Source: an uncultured virus (IMG/VR IMGVR_UViG_3300025141_013938) (taxonomy: Duplodnaviria; Heunggongvirae; Uroviricota; Caudoviricetes). Taken from it: a stretch of DNA of 64,000 nucleotides. The stretch's first letter is position 1; the number at the start of each line of letters is the position of its first letter. The DNA lies in the IMG/VR virus record IMGVR_UViG_3300025141_013938; one strand, given 5' to 3'. Made by a program: the position numbers and the translations under genes. Below the pieces are notes generated by a model that searched no databases, had not been told where the DNA came from, and saw nothing but the letters and a program-made list of their open reading frames with translations. Shown here one piece after another: positions 9,981-19,756 of the stretch.

Positions 9981-12443
9981 GTGTCCCTCATAAAGATACT
10001 GCCAGAATATATAGAGAAATTTTCTTTAACACTCCATCCGGAGATAAGTTATGTGAGTTCCTCTATAGCCGGGTCAACTGGCTCGATGCCGCTGTCTCCC
10101 AGACCAAGCAAGTGTCTAAAAAATATCATCTTGCCAGAAAAGAGCGGTCAAAATGTATTTGATGCTGATAGCACAGCTATTCCTGGGTTCAATGTGATGA
10201 CCTATGAGATACTTGCAGAGATAGATTCAGCAAAGGCAAATGTTGCGAAGGCTGCAATAGATGGAGACTCTGTAGACGTATTAAATACATTTGAAAAATA
10301 CATGGAGTTAGTTAATTCATCGTCACAGATAGCAAGAAATAGTAAGCGATTTGAAATAGTGAGATTTGACCCTCCGTTTACATATAAGCTTAACACGTCT
10401 GTTAAAAATGCAATTAAAAATATACTGATGCCATATTATGCACCGTACTATGATCAGTGTCATTTCGCCTATACCAACTATAACACACTTAATTTTTTCA
10501 CATCATCAAATGTTCCGTCCAACTCAGCTATCATCTATAATAATCTAGATATAGCTGGACTAGAAGGGAGACCATTTCTCCCGTCAGGTTCATTTTCTAT
10601 AGACTTCTATGTTAACCCAAGATACACAAATGAACCGGGTGAGAATTATAAGGCAGGAACTATCATGCATATGTCATCAACATTTGCTGTTTCACTTGTT
10701 TCTGGAAGCACTCATGATGGAAATGGCTCTGCAAACACATTTAGAATTTTATTACAGTTGAGTCACAGCGCAGACATAGCACCTAGTAATATTGATGCAA
10801 GCATAGCAAATAATAAAAGATCATACCCGACAGATCTCGTATTTCTTTCAAAAGAGAGCATGCCTCTCAGTAGAAATCACTGGCATCATGTGTGCATAAG
10901 GTGGGGAGGAAATCTTATTAATGCTGGCTCTGGAAGTATTACAATTGATGACACGCAGACATACTTTAACGTTCCCTCCTCGTCGATAACACCGCCCAAG
11001 CATGTCAGTGCTGCAGCACTTATTCTTGGAAACTACTATAACGGCTGGGATGATGAGGCAAGGTTTTTTAATAACGTCGACGCACCTGTCGAGGGATACT
11101 GGCCGTATGAGACCATTCCCCAAATAGAAGAAAGTAAATTTAAATTTGATCATCCGCTCAATGCTGAGATCCACGATGTAAAGATATTTGACAAATACAT
11201 AGACAGCATTAAAATGAAAGAAAATAGTAAGTCTGGTCAGTCATCTACAGACACAGATGGACTACTATTTTATGTTCCCCCGTTCTTCACACCAGAGTCG
11301 AGAATAGCTGAGCAGATAATAACTCCATTTCAAACAGAGAATAGAGATACTAAAAAACCATTCAATACAATTTTTTCATTTGGCGTGGGAGGCTGCCTGA
11401 TCAATCTTCAAAATTTTGTTAGAGAATTCAAGACAGGTTATCATCCAAGGCTGTGGAACCTGACTGCATCTACGATTGACTATACAGTTCTTGACATAAC
11501 TGCTAATAGCTATGTTTATCACACAGCATCAACTAGAAAGAGAAACTTAACAATTCTTCCAAATGATAATGGGTTATTCACTCCAGACTTTGAGATCTTA
11601 AATAGCGGCTCACTGCAGCAGAAGACAGATGCATTTAGAAGTCCGCACGGTGGGTATAATTTGAGCACAGTTGACTTAAGCGATATGGTCCCACCGATCA
11701 GAGCATACAAGGGATTGACATCTGTTAGTGCAACTGATCTGCTAAAGGCAATAGATAACAAGATATCTAAGCTAGAAGATGACACAACGATGAATAATAT
11801 TGCAAATCAGATTGCTGGAGTCACACCAGAGATATTATCTTCTCTTCAGGGTGCAACACAGCCAGGGCAGATCTTAACAATCTATCAGAGGACAAGAGAT
11901 CCTAGCTCTAATGAAGTCAGTATATTTGATATCTCTAATCTATATTATGGTAATAAAATTTTTCCGGGAAGTTTTTATCTAACAGATCCCAATGTCACAG
12001 CATCTAATGGAATAGTTAAGATGACTCTATCAGACAATGAAAGAGGAAGCCTATACAGGGCTGATGCACTAACTCCTCATGCCAAGTGGTCTAGTGTTGG
12101 ATCACTTTTATATAATGAGGGAGTAGCAGTTGTGAAGTCTCCTCACATACCATTCTTTGGAAAAGATGTTTTTGAAGCAAAATTCAAGGGTGAGCAGAAC
12201 ACTCATATTATGACAGTTAACATACCTGCTAGTGTTGGACTCTTTAACTCATCCTCAAATCCATCCTACAGGATACTTTCTGCATCATTTGATGCAAGTG
12301 AAACAGATCCCAGATTTGTTTATATATCAGGTGTCTATCTTCACGATGATAACTTAAACGTCATAATGAGATCAAATTTAGCTCAGCCTGTCAAAAAGAG
12401 AACAACTGATGAGATGCTAATCAGGGTCAAGCAGGATTTTTGA
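9981..12443 (+). CDS. Structural protein with LamG/ConA-like domain and C-terminus paralogous to 8689-9969
   Basis: FSIDFYV...NHWHHVCIRW...IHDVKIFD (LamG-like); C-terminal FNSSSNPSY...VYLHDDNLNVIMRSNLAQPV...IRVKQDF. Confidence 0.55.
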   Translation: MSLIKILPEYIEKFSLTLHPEISYVSSSIAGSTGSMPLSPRPSKCLKNIILPEKSGQNVFDADSTAIPGFNVMTYEILAEIDSAKANVAKAAIDGDSVDVLNTFEKYMELVNSSSQIARNSKRFEIVRFDPPFTYKLNTSVKNAIKNILMPYYAPYYDQCHFAYTNYNTLNFFTSSNVPSNSAIIYNNLDIAGLEGRPFLPSGSFSIDFYVNPRYTNEPGENYKAGTIMHMSSTFAVSLVSGSTHDGNGSANTFRILLQLSHSADIAPSNIDASIANNKRSYPTDLVFLSKESMPLSRNHWHHVCIRWGGNLINAGSGSITIDDTQTYFNVPSSSITPPKHVSAAALILGNYYNGWDDEARFFNNVDAPVEGYWPYETIPQIEESKFKFDHPLNAEIHDVKIFDKYIDSIKMKENSKSGQSSTDTDGLLFYVPPFFTPESRIAEQIITPFQTENRDTKKPFNTIFSFGVGGCLINLQNFVREFKTGYHPRLWNLTASTIDYTVLDITANSYVYHTASTRKRNLTILPNDNGLFTPDFEILNSGSLQQKTDAFRSPHGGYNLSTVDLSDMVPPIRAYKGLTSVSATDLLKAIDNKISKLEDDTTMNNIANQIAGVTPEILSSLQGATQPGQILTIYQRTRDPSSNEVSIFDISNLYYGNKIFPGSFYLTDPNVTASNGIVKMTLSDNERGSLYRADALTPHAKWSSVGSLLYNEGVAVVKSPHIPFFGKDVFEAKFKGEQNTHIMTVNIPASVGLFNSSSNPSYRILSASFDASETDPRFVYISGVYLHDDNLNVIMRSNLAQPVKKRTTDEMLIRVKQDF

Positions 12444-12997
12444 TGATACTGGGGCTTGATATATCCACAAGTTGCACGGGCTGGTGTGTGATTGATCAAA
12501 GCGGTAGTCTCATAGATATGGGATATATCTTTCTCTCATCTGAGAAGACATTTTTTGATAAAGCAGAAAAGGTAAAGAAAACATTTTTAAGCATAAGATC
12601 ACAGCACGATATTCAAAAAATATTTATAGAAGAAAATCTTCAAGCATTTAGACCTGGATTCTCTTCTGCTAAGACACTGCTAACACTTGCAAGATTTAAT
12701 GGAATTGTGAGCTATTTATCACAGCTAGAATTTTGCTTAGCACCTCAGTTTATTAATGTAAATACAGCAAGAAGAGAGCTGGGAATAAAGATTATTTCTA
12801 AGAAAAATGGAGGTGACCCAACAAAAGAGCAAATTTTATCTTGGGTCGCAGAAGAGATTAAAAATACTAGCTATAAATGGCCAACAAAGATACTTAAGTC
12901 TGGACCTAGAAAGGGTCAAAAAGTATTAGAGTTATTTTGTTATGACATGGCAGATGCATATGTCATCGCTTTATCTGGTCACAGAATGAACACATAG
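12443..12997 (+). CDS. RuvC-like Holliday junction resolvase
   Basis: ILGLDISTSCTGW, IFIEE and DMADAYVIA acidic catalytic motifs; ATG overlaps the upstream TGA. Confidence 0.8.
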   Translation: MILGLDISTSCTGWCVIDQSGSLIDMGYIFLSSEKTFFDKAEKVKKTFLSIRSQHDIQKIFIEENLQAFRPGFSSAKTLLTLARFNGIVSYLSQLEFCLAPQFINVNTARRELGIKIISKKNGGDPTKEQILSWVAEEIKNTSYKWPTKILKSGPRKGQKVLELFCYDMADAYVIALSGHRMNT

Positions 12998-13014
12998 AAA
13001 GATTTCTATATAGT
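12987..13014 (+). promoter_or_regulatory. Candidate sigma70-like promoter (TGAACA-16-TATAGT) for primase
   Basis: The -10 hexamer ends 6 nt before the GTG start; no SD. Confidence 0.4.
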
Positions 13015-13020
13015 TTATCT

Positions 13021-13983
13021 GTGGAAACATTTACTTCAAAATCAGACTTCTTAAGGAGATGCTTTGGTGATCTTCGCTTCTCTAGGTGTGAAAATAATGT
13101 AGCAGTAGAGTGTCCCAGTTGTGGAGACAAAACACAAAAGAAAAAATTCTCTATTAATATCAATAGCTGGAAGTGTCACTGCTGGGTTTGTGGAATAAAG
13201 GGAAAAAACTTATCAAGAATTTTATTTGATCATGTCTCAAAAGATCTCTCTAGAGAGTATTGTTCTAGATTTTTGATAGATTTTGACACAAGTGAGAAGA
13301 TCGTCGAGGCCAAGGAAGAAAAGATATCGTTGCCAGAGGAATTTATTCCTATCACAGATGTGATTAGGTCAAAGGATCCTGACATAAGATCCTGTATAAG
13401 GTATCTATTTTCTAGAGATGTCAGTGAGAGAGACATGTGGATGTATAAGCTGGGAATAGCTACATCTGGAAAGTTTAGAAGAAGAATCATCATGCCATCA
13501 TTTGATGAGTGCGGAGAGTTAAATTATTTTTCTGCAAGAGCTATTGATGATTCAAGATACAAGTATATCAATTCAAAAAATAAAAAGATCGACATAGTGT
13601 TTAATGAGATTAATATTGACTGGAAAGAGGAGCTAGTGATAGTTGAGGGCCCGTTTGATCTTTTAAAGGCAGGATTTAACTCGACATGCTTGCTGGGCTC
13701 GAGTCTATCACCCTCAAGTCTTCTTTTTAAAAAAGTTGTATCATTTCAAACTCCCATTATACTAGCGCTTGATAGTGACATGGATAAAAAAACAAGAAAG
13801 ATAGCTGATCTATTACAAGATTATTCATGTCAAGTAAGAATTATTGATATTGGAAAATTCAATGATGTCGGTGAAATGTCTAAAAATGATTTTTTAAAAA
13901 TTAAAAAGGAAGCGTATGCTTGGAGCAGGGGGACCTCTTTAATTAAAAAAATAGGGGCAATAGAAACAGAATCGATATTTTAG
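13021..13983 (+). CDS. DNA primase (Zn finger + TOPRIM)
   Basis: CPSC...CHCWVC zinc finger; RIIMP...ARAI...KYIN; VIVEGPFD and LALDSD TOPRIM motifs. Confidence 0.88.
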   Translation: METFTSKSDFLRRCFGDLRFSRCENNVAVECPSCGDKTQKKKFSININSWKCHCWVCGIKGKNLSRILFDHVSKDLSREYCSRFLIDFDTSEKIVEAKEEKISLPEEFIPITDVIRSKDPDIRSCIRYLFSRDVSERDMWMYKLGIATSGKFRRRIIMPSFDECGELNYFSARAIDDSRYKYINSKNKKIDIVFNEINIDWKEELVIVEGPFDLLKAGFNSTCLLGSSLSPSSLLFKKVVSFQTPIILALDSDMDKKTRKIADLLQDYSCQVRIIDIGKFNDVGEMSKNDFLKIKKEAYAWSRGTSLIKKIGAIETESIF

Positions 13984-14026
13984 AAATGTTATGTCATATT
14001 TATTATCATGATCTCGCGAGATAAAA

Positions 14027-14257
14027 ATGTCAGTTAGCCTTCTTAGAGCTCTTATTAGAGAAGAAATTAAAAAATTAATTCAAGATGATGCTATATTTTA
14101 TAATCATGATGATTTCGCACTCAAGCAAACTAGAGACACACCGGGAATTGAAGAAGAATTTGATGAACCCGGTGATGACTATCCAAGCTGTGTAGAAGAT
14201 TATGAGGAGATAGCTCTAGAAAGAAGAGCGACTCATATGATCAATAAAGACAGCTAG
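14027..14257 (+). CDS. Small acidic protein with N-terminal LLRALIREEI motif (putative head-targeted)
   Basis: Fills the intergenic gap; preceded by ATATTTA at 13996-14002. Confidence 0.5.
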   Translation: MSVSLLRALIREEIKKLIQDDAIFYNHDDFALKQTRDTPGIEEEFDEPGDDYPSCVEDYEEIALERRATHMINKDS

Positions 14258-14317
14258 TAAGCTTGTACAATTGATAATATTGTGTAAGAATTGTATGTGG
14301 GACGATGATCATAATTT

Positions 14318-17300
14318 ATGAAAATACTTCATATAGCAGACATTCACTGGCGTGGACTGTCTAGACATGATGAATATAAAGAATCTTTTTTAGCATTTTT
14401 TGAACAAGCTAGATCTCTGAATCCTGATATTATTTATATCGGTGGAGATATTGTTCACAATAAGACGCAAGGGATATCTCCAGAGCTGATAGACTGTCTC
14501 TGTTGGTGGTTTAAGTCATTATCTGACATAGCACCCATACACATAATTCTAGGCAACCACGACGGCCTGATGCTTAATTCGGATAGACAAGATGCTATTT
14601 CTCCAATAGTTGAGGCGCTAGATAGTGATAGAATTTATCTCTATAAGAAATCAGGCGTTTTTCCAATATCTGGTCATGAAAAATTTAATTGGTGTGTCTT
14701 CTCCTGCTTTGATGAATTATCATGGAAAGATGTCTTTCCTGAAGATGGTAAGATTAATATTGCACTATTTCATGGAGCAGTCTGGGGTTCACTAACTGAC
14801 ATCGACTGGGAGATAGATGGTGATGTAGATACATCTTTTTTTAATGGCTATGATTTCGCATTGCTAGGAGACATACATAAGCGACAATTTTTAAATAAAG
14901 AAAGAACAATAGCATATCCCGGATCAACAATCCAGCAAAACTATGGTGAATCTTGCGGAAAGGGATTTTTATTTTGGGATATCAGAGAGAAAGATGATTT
15001 TGATGTAGAATTTTTTGAAATTCCGCACTTCAAACCATTTGTCACGCTCGACTGGCAAGGCTCAGTTGAGAAAACACTCTTTATTGCAAATGACTACCCG
15101 GATGAGTCTAGATTTAGAATAAGATCTGATAGCACACTGAGTCACGCAGACAGTAAAAAAATTCAGTTTGACCTTAAGCGAGAGAAGTCAGCAGCAGAGG
15201 TTGTTTTTAAGTCTGAATCTTCTTTTGATGCATCCAAAATTCAAATTCAAGACGGAAGTTTTAAAAAAGAAAACCTAAGAGACACTAGCACAATAAAGCG
15301 TCTAATCAGAGGGTACTATAAGAATTCTGATCTTAGCAAAGAAATTTTATCACAACTTGACAGGCTAATAGACAATTATGTTTCTCAAATTTCTGAAGAA
15401 GAAGAATCTCTTAGAAATACAAGATGGCAAATCAATAAGCTAAAATTTGATAATTTATTTGCATACGGCTCAGGTAATCTTATTAATTTTGAAAATCTTC
15501 CTGGGATAACAGGAATTTTTGGAAAAAATACAAGAGGAAAATCATCTATAATAGGTTCGATAATGTATGGACTTTTTAATACAACAGACAGGGGAAGTAT
15601 TAAAAATGAACACATTATTAATAGCAGAAAAAATAATTGCATAGCAGAGATTGATATTTCTGTTAATAGCGAACCATTCAGAATACTAAGATCAACAAGC
15701 AAGCATCAAACAAGAAAAGGAGAGATATATTCATCAACCTCATTAAATCTTTATAGGCTTAATGAGCTAGGCGATATTAAGGATGACTTAACTGAGGAAC
15801 AAAGAAGAGAAACTGAAAAAGTATTGAGAAAAATAATAGGAAGTGCAGATGATTTTTCTATGACATCTCTAGCTGCTCAAGGAGAAATGAACACGTTTAT
15901 TAGAGAAAAAGCAACTGCAAGAAAGATTATTTTAACTAAATTTCTTGATTTAAATATTTTTGAAAAAATGCATGACATAGCAAAATCTGAATCAGCAGAG
16001 ATCAGAAATAAAATAAAGATCTTTCCAGATATAGACTGGCAATCAGAAATTGATGAGCTTAAGATAATACTATCTGATTCTAAAAATAAAAAAGAGCTTT
16101 ACACAAATGATATTCTCACTAAGAGAGAAATATTGCAAAGATTGAGCGCAGACTTAGCAACATCAGATAATCCAGATATTATTACTATTGAAGAGATAGA
16201 TAGGAAAAAATTATCTATAGATAAGATTTCTAGAACATTGGTTAAAATTGATAAAAAAGAGGATAGTTTAAAGAGTCAGATAACAGAAAAGACAGAAAAG
16301 CGAGAAAAGATTGAACTTGTAAAAAATGATTTTTCAATTGATAGCTTAAGAAACAAGCTCGAACATCAAAATGAACTTGAAAGAGATATTGTTGAGCTAA
16401 AGCATAAAAGTGAAAAGATAGAGTCTGAACTTTTAAGACAAAAAAGATCAATTCAAAAACTAAGCGGGATTCCATGTGGAGATACCTATCCTGCCTGTAA
16501 GTTTATCAAAGATTCACATTCTGACAAAAAGAAAATAGATGATCAAATAGAGCTATCAAAGACTTCTATGCTAGCGCTATCTTCTGCTAAGAGTGCACTT
16601 AATGTAATCTTAGGTGAAGAAATAGATGCTAAAATTAAAAAATACAAAAGGATGTCTGATATGCAAGCAAATTTGTCAATGGAGGTATCAAAAATACAGG
16701 TAGCCTATAATAACACCATAAATGAAAAGAAAAATGTATCTAGTGAGCTTGAATCTCTAAGGGACGATCTAGTAGAGATGAAAGAGAGGTACATAGAAGA
16801 TGAAGATAATAGATCATCTGCGATAAGAAGAAAGATAACAGAAATATCAGAAGAATTAACTTCACTAGATAGAAAAAAGACAAAAGAAATTGAAAAGATA
16901 GCCAAGACGAGTGTAGAGATCTTGGGCCTTGAAAAGGACAAAAAAGATTTTTCAAGATTTAAAAGTGATATCTTAACGTATGACATGTTTATTCAAGCAG
17001 TATCTAAAAAGGGAATACCACTACAGATAATGATGTCACAGTTACCAATAATAAACTTAGAAATATCAAAGATCTTGCAGGGAGTTACTGGTTTTACAGT
17101 TGAGCTAGAGGCTGATCTTGACTCAAATTCCATGGATGTATTTATTAATTACGGCGACAGTAAAAGAATAATCGAGCTAGCATCAGGAATGGAAAAGATG
17201 ATGGCTTCATTAGCGATAAGAGTAGCACTGATTAATGTTTCAACTCTAACAAAAACAAACATGCTTATCATCGATGAAGGATTTGGAGCACTAGATGAGC

Positions 17301-17455
17301 TAAATATTGAGGCCTGTACAAGACTTTTAAGCTCATTAAAAAAATGGTTTAGAAATATTATAATCATATCTCACGTAGACTCTATTAAAGATGCAGTCGA
17401 TCACTCATTAGAAATAACTAAGAAGGAGAAGAATACAGTTGTCTATCATCCATAA
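14318..17455 (+). CDS. Fused Mre11/SbcD nuclease - Rad50/SbcC ATPase (gp47-gp46-like)
   Basis: Metallophosphoesterase motifs HIADIH, GGDIVH, GNHD, LGDIH, then Walker A GKNTRGKSS, coiled coil, signature ASGME, Walker B/D-loop LIIDEGFGALD and IISH, all in one frame. Confidence 0.92.
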   Translation: MKILHIADIHWRGLSRHDEYKESFLAFFEQARSLNPDIIYIGGDIVHNKTQGISPELIDCLCWWFKSLSDIAPIHIILGNHDGLMLNSDRQDAISPIVEALDSDRIYLYKKSGVFPISGHEKFNWCVFSCFDELSWKDVFPEDGKINIALFHGAVWGSLTDIDWEIDGDVDTSFFNGYDFALLGDIHKRQFLNKERTIAYPGSTIQQNYGESCGKGFLFWDIREKDDFDVEFFEIPHFKPFVTLDWQGSVEKTLFIANDYPDESRFRIRSDSTLSHADSKKIQFDLKREKSAAEVVFKSESSFDASKIQIQDGSFKKENLRDTSTIKRLIRGYYKNSDLSKEILSQLDRLIDNYVSQISEEEESLRNTRWQINKLKFDNLFAYGSGNLINFENLPGITGIFGKNTRGKSSIIGSIMYGLFNTTDRGSIKNEHIINSRKNNCIAEIDISVNSEPFRILRSTSKHQTRKGEIYSSTSLNLYRLNELGDIKDDLTEEQRRETEKVLRKIIGSADDFSMTSLAAQGEMNTFIREKATARKIILTKFLDLNIFEKMHDIAKSESAEIRNKIKIFPDIDWQSEIDELKIILSDSKNKKELYTNDILTKREILQRLSADLATSDNPDIITIEEIDRKKLSIDKISRTLVKIDKKEDSLKSQITEKTEKREKIELVKNDFSIDSLRNKLEHQNELERDIVELKHKSEKIESELLRQKRSIQKLSGIPCGDTYPACKFIKDSHSDKKKIDDQIELSKTSMLALSSAKSALNVILGEEIDAKIKKYKRMSDMQANLSMEVSKIQVAYNNTINEKKNVSSELESLRDDLVEMKERYIEDEDNRSSAIRRKITEISEELTSLDRKKTKEIEKIAKTSVEILGLEKDKKDFSRFKSDILTYDMFIQAVSKKGIPLQIMMSQLPIINLEISKILQGVTGFTVELEADLDSNSMDVFINYGDSKRIIELASGMEKMMASLAIRVALINVSTLTKTNMLIIDEGFGALDELNIEACTRLLSSLKKWFRNIIIISHVDSIKDAVDHSLEITKKEKNTVVYHP

Positions 17456-17705
17456 ATCAGATATCATTTTTAAAAATTCTTTAGACAAATTAACTCCTTC
17501 ATTTTGTCCTGTTTGTGACTTTATGATCTCTACTGAATTAGATGTTTTTTCATTTCAGCAATATGAATGCTGTCACTTTTGTTCGCTCAGGTGGGCTGAA
17601 GCTAGAAAAGAATCGTGGAATAATGGGTGGAGACCACGTCAAGACGACATAGATAGTATAAAAGAGGAAAGAAAAATTATTCGTCCTATATTTAAGGAAA
17701 TATAA
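17439..17705 (+). CDS. Small Cys-rich (putative Zn-binding) protein
   Basis: CPVC...CCHFC...W...WNNGWRP; AAGGAG upstream; start uncertain. Confidence 0.55.
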   Translation: MSIIHKSDIIFKNSLDKLTPSFCPVCDFMISTELDVFSFQQYECCHFCSLRWAEARKESWNNGWRPRQDDIDSIKEERKIIRPIFKEI

Positions 17706-17730
17706 AAATAATTATTATTAAGGAGTTGCT

Positions 17731-18111
17731 ATGCTTAATTCACACGAAATCAATGTCTTGGGTCAGACACTAAATGACACATGGGGAAAATCTTCAACAT
17801 CTGTATCACCAACTGTCTCAATCACAACTAAAATGTCAGGTGATACACTGACGCTAAATTATACGACAGTTTGTAATTTAGCATCTGAAAGAAATCTTAG
17901 GGATCAGGTAAAAGTTTTTGAAGAGGAGTCTATACAGCTTATAAAAGACTTTGTCTCTAGAGTAAAGAAAGAGTTTAAGGAAGCAGCTGGAAGAGCACTT
18001 AAGTTAAAAGAACTTTCTACTAATGACAGTGTTGAATTAATAACAGCTTCTCCATTTACTCCAAGAAAGACCGCATACTATAGAAGATTCACAACATTTC
18101 GGTGTGAGTAA
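17731..18111 (+). CDS. Hypothetical protein coupled to terminase
   Basis: AAGGAG RBS; TAATG stop/start overlap with terminase. Confidence 0.65.
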   Translation: MLNSHEINVLGQTLNDTWGKSSTSVSPTVSITTKMSGDTLTLNYTTVCNLASERNLRDQVKVFEEESIQLIKDFVSRVKKEFKEAAGRALKLKELSTNDSVELITASPFTPRKTAYYRRFTTFRCE

Positions 18112-19736
18112 TGGCGAGAATTAATAAGTCTAGACAGATATCAGAGATAATAAAGTGTGGAAAAGACCCTACATACTTTTTTAACTCTTATCTGAGAATT
18201 CAGCACCCAGTTAGAGGATTGATAAAGTTTGATACTTATCCCTTTCAAGATGATTGTGTTGAGACTTTTATTGAAAACAGATTTTCAATAATATTAAAGT
18301 CTAGACAGCTAGGAATGTCAACTCTTGTTGCTGCATATGCGACGTGGATTGCTCTTTTTCAAAAAGATAAAAATATTCTTATTATCGCAACAAAGCTGAG
18401 TGTTGCTCAAAACTTTATCACAAAAGTTAAAACAATGATAAGAAGTCTTCCAGCATGGCTAGTTTTACCTCAAATAGTAACGAATAATAAGCAGCTAATT
18501 GAATTTAATCACGGATCATCAATAAAAGCAGTTCCTACCTCTGAAGATGCTGGACGATCCGAGGCTTTGTCACTTCTAATCATCGATGAGGCAGCATTTG
18601 TTAGAAATTTTGATGAGCTGTGGACAGGCCTTTATCCTACAATATCAACAGGGGGCCGAGTTATTATTCTCTCATCACCCAATGGTGTAGGCGGACAATA
18701 TTACAAGCTATATACAGATGCAGAGGCGAACTTGAATGAATTTCAATCAATAAGATTGCCTTGGGACGTACACCCAGAAAGAGATAAAAACTGGTTTGAT
18801 CTCACAACTAAAAACTTATCACCCCGCCAGATCTCACAGGAGTATTTATGCGATTTTGCATCCTCAGGAGAGACATTTCTATCAGTCACAGATATTGAGT
18901 GGGTACGAGAGGAAATAAAGCCGCCTAGAGAAAGAACAGGATTTGATAGAAATATATGGATCTGGGAATACCCACTATCAGAACATCAATACATTATTTC
19001 CGCTGATATATCTCGGGGTGACTCAAAAGACTTTTCTACATTTCATGTAACTGATATAGATACAGGTGAGTGTGTTGCTGAGTATAAGGGCAAACTACCT
19101 CCAGATAGATTTGGAGAAATTTTAGATGAATATGGAAGAAAATATAATAATGCACTTCTCTGTCCAGAAAATAATTCATATGGATTTGCAACAATTGTTA
19201 AGCTCAAAGATTTAAATTATCCCTGCCTATACTACTCAAAAAGAAAGTCAGTATTTATAGGAGGGTACCAGCCAAAATCAGATTCCGAGATCGCAGGTTT
19301 TACAACAAGTGGAAAGACGCGTAATTTAATACTAACAAAGCTAGAAGAAATTATTAGAAATAAGCAAATAAAGGTATACTCATCTAGATTTTATGAAGAG
19401 TTAAAAACATTTGTTTGGAAGTCTAACAAGGCACAGGCGATGAAAGGGTATAATGACGATCTAGTAATGAGTTTTGCAATTAATATGTGGCTGTACGACA
19501 CTTCATCAGACCATAGCAAAAATTCAAAAGTTTTAAATGCCTCAATGCTTGAAGGAATGAAGTTAACGAGAAACTCATATGATGATCTTCCAGGAGCAAT
19601 AACAGAAGGTAGACCCCATAGCTCTACAAGTAGAGATCCAAAGGCTCATCCAGATGATATGAAGAAAAATTCTTTATCTCCTGGGTGGAATTCTAAAATT
19701 AAAATGCTATCAGAATGGGACTGGGTAGTTAAATAG
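18111..19736 (+). CDS. Terminase large subunit (T4 gp17-like)
   Basis: YPFQ adenine-binding motif, KSRQLGMST Walker A, LIIDEAAF Walker B, SSPNG coupling motif, ISADISRG and NDDLVM nuclease aspartates. Confidence 0.93.
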   Translation: MARINKSRQISEIIKCGKDPTYFFNSYLRIQHPVRGLIKFDTYPFQDDCVETFIENRFSIILKSRQLGMSTLVAAYATWIALFQKDKNILIIATKLSVAQNFITKVKTMIRSLPAWLVLPQIVTNNKQLIEFNHGSSIKAVPTSEDAGRSEALSLLIIDEAAFVRNFDELWTGLYPTISTGGRVIILSSPNGVGGQYYKLYTDAEANLNEFQSIRLPWDVHPERDKNWFDLTTKNLSPRQISQEYLCDFASSGETFLSVTDIEWVREEIKPPRERTGFDRNIWIWEYPLSEHQYIISADISRGDSKDFSTFHVTDIDTGECVAEYKGKLPPDRFGEILDEYGRKYNNALLCPENNSYGFATIVKLKDLNYPCLYYSKRKSVFIGGYQPKSDSEIAGFTTSGKTRNLILTKLEEIIRNKQIKVYSSRFYEELKTFVWKSNKAQAMKGYNDDLVMSFAINMWLYDTSSDHSKNSKVLNASMLEGMKLTRNSYDDLPGAITEGRPHSSTSRDPKAHPDDMKKNSLSPGWNSKIKMLSEWDWVVK

Positions 19737-19756
19737 ATAAAATATCGGTGATTTAA

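Noticed and set aside
17731..18111. Terminase small subunit call
   Set aside because: Only position supports it; no recognisable motif.
18296..18323. Terminase Walker A reads KSRQLGMST without the GKT/S lysine
   Set aside because: Deviant Walker A motifs with an upstream Lys are known in terminases; not evidence of inactivation.
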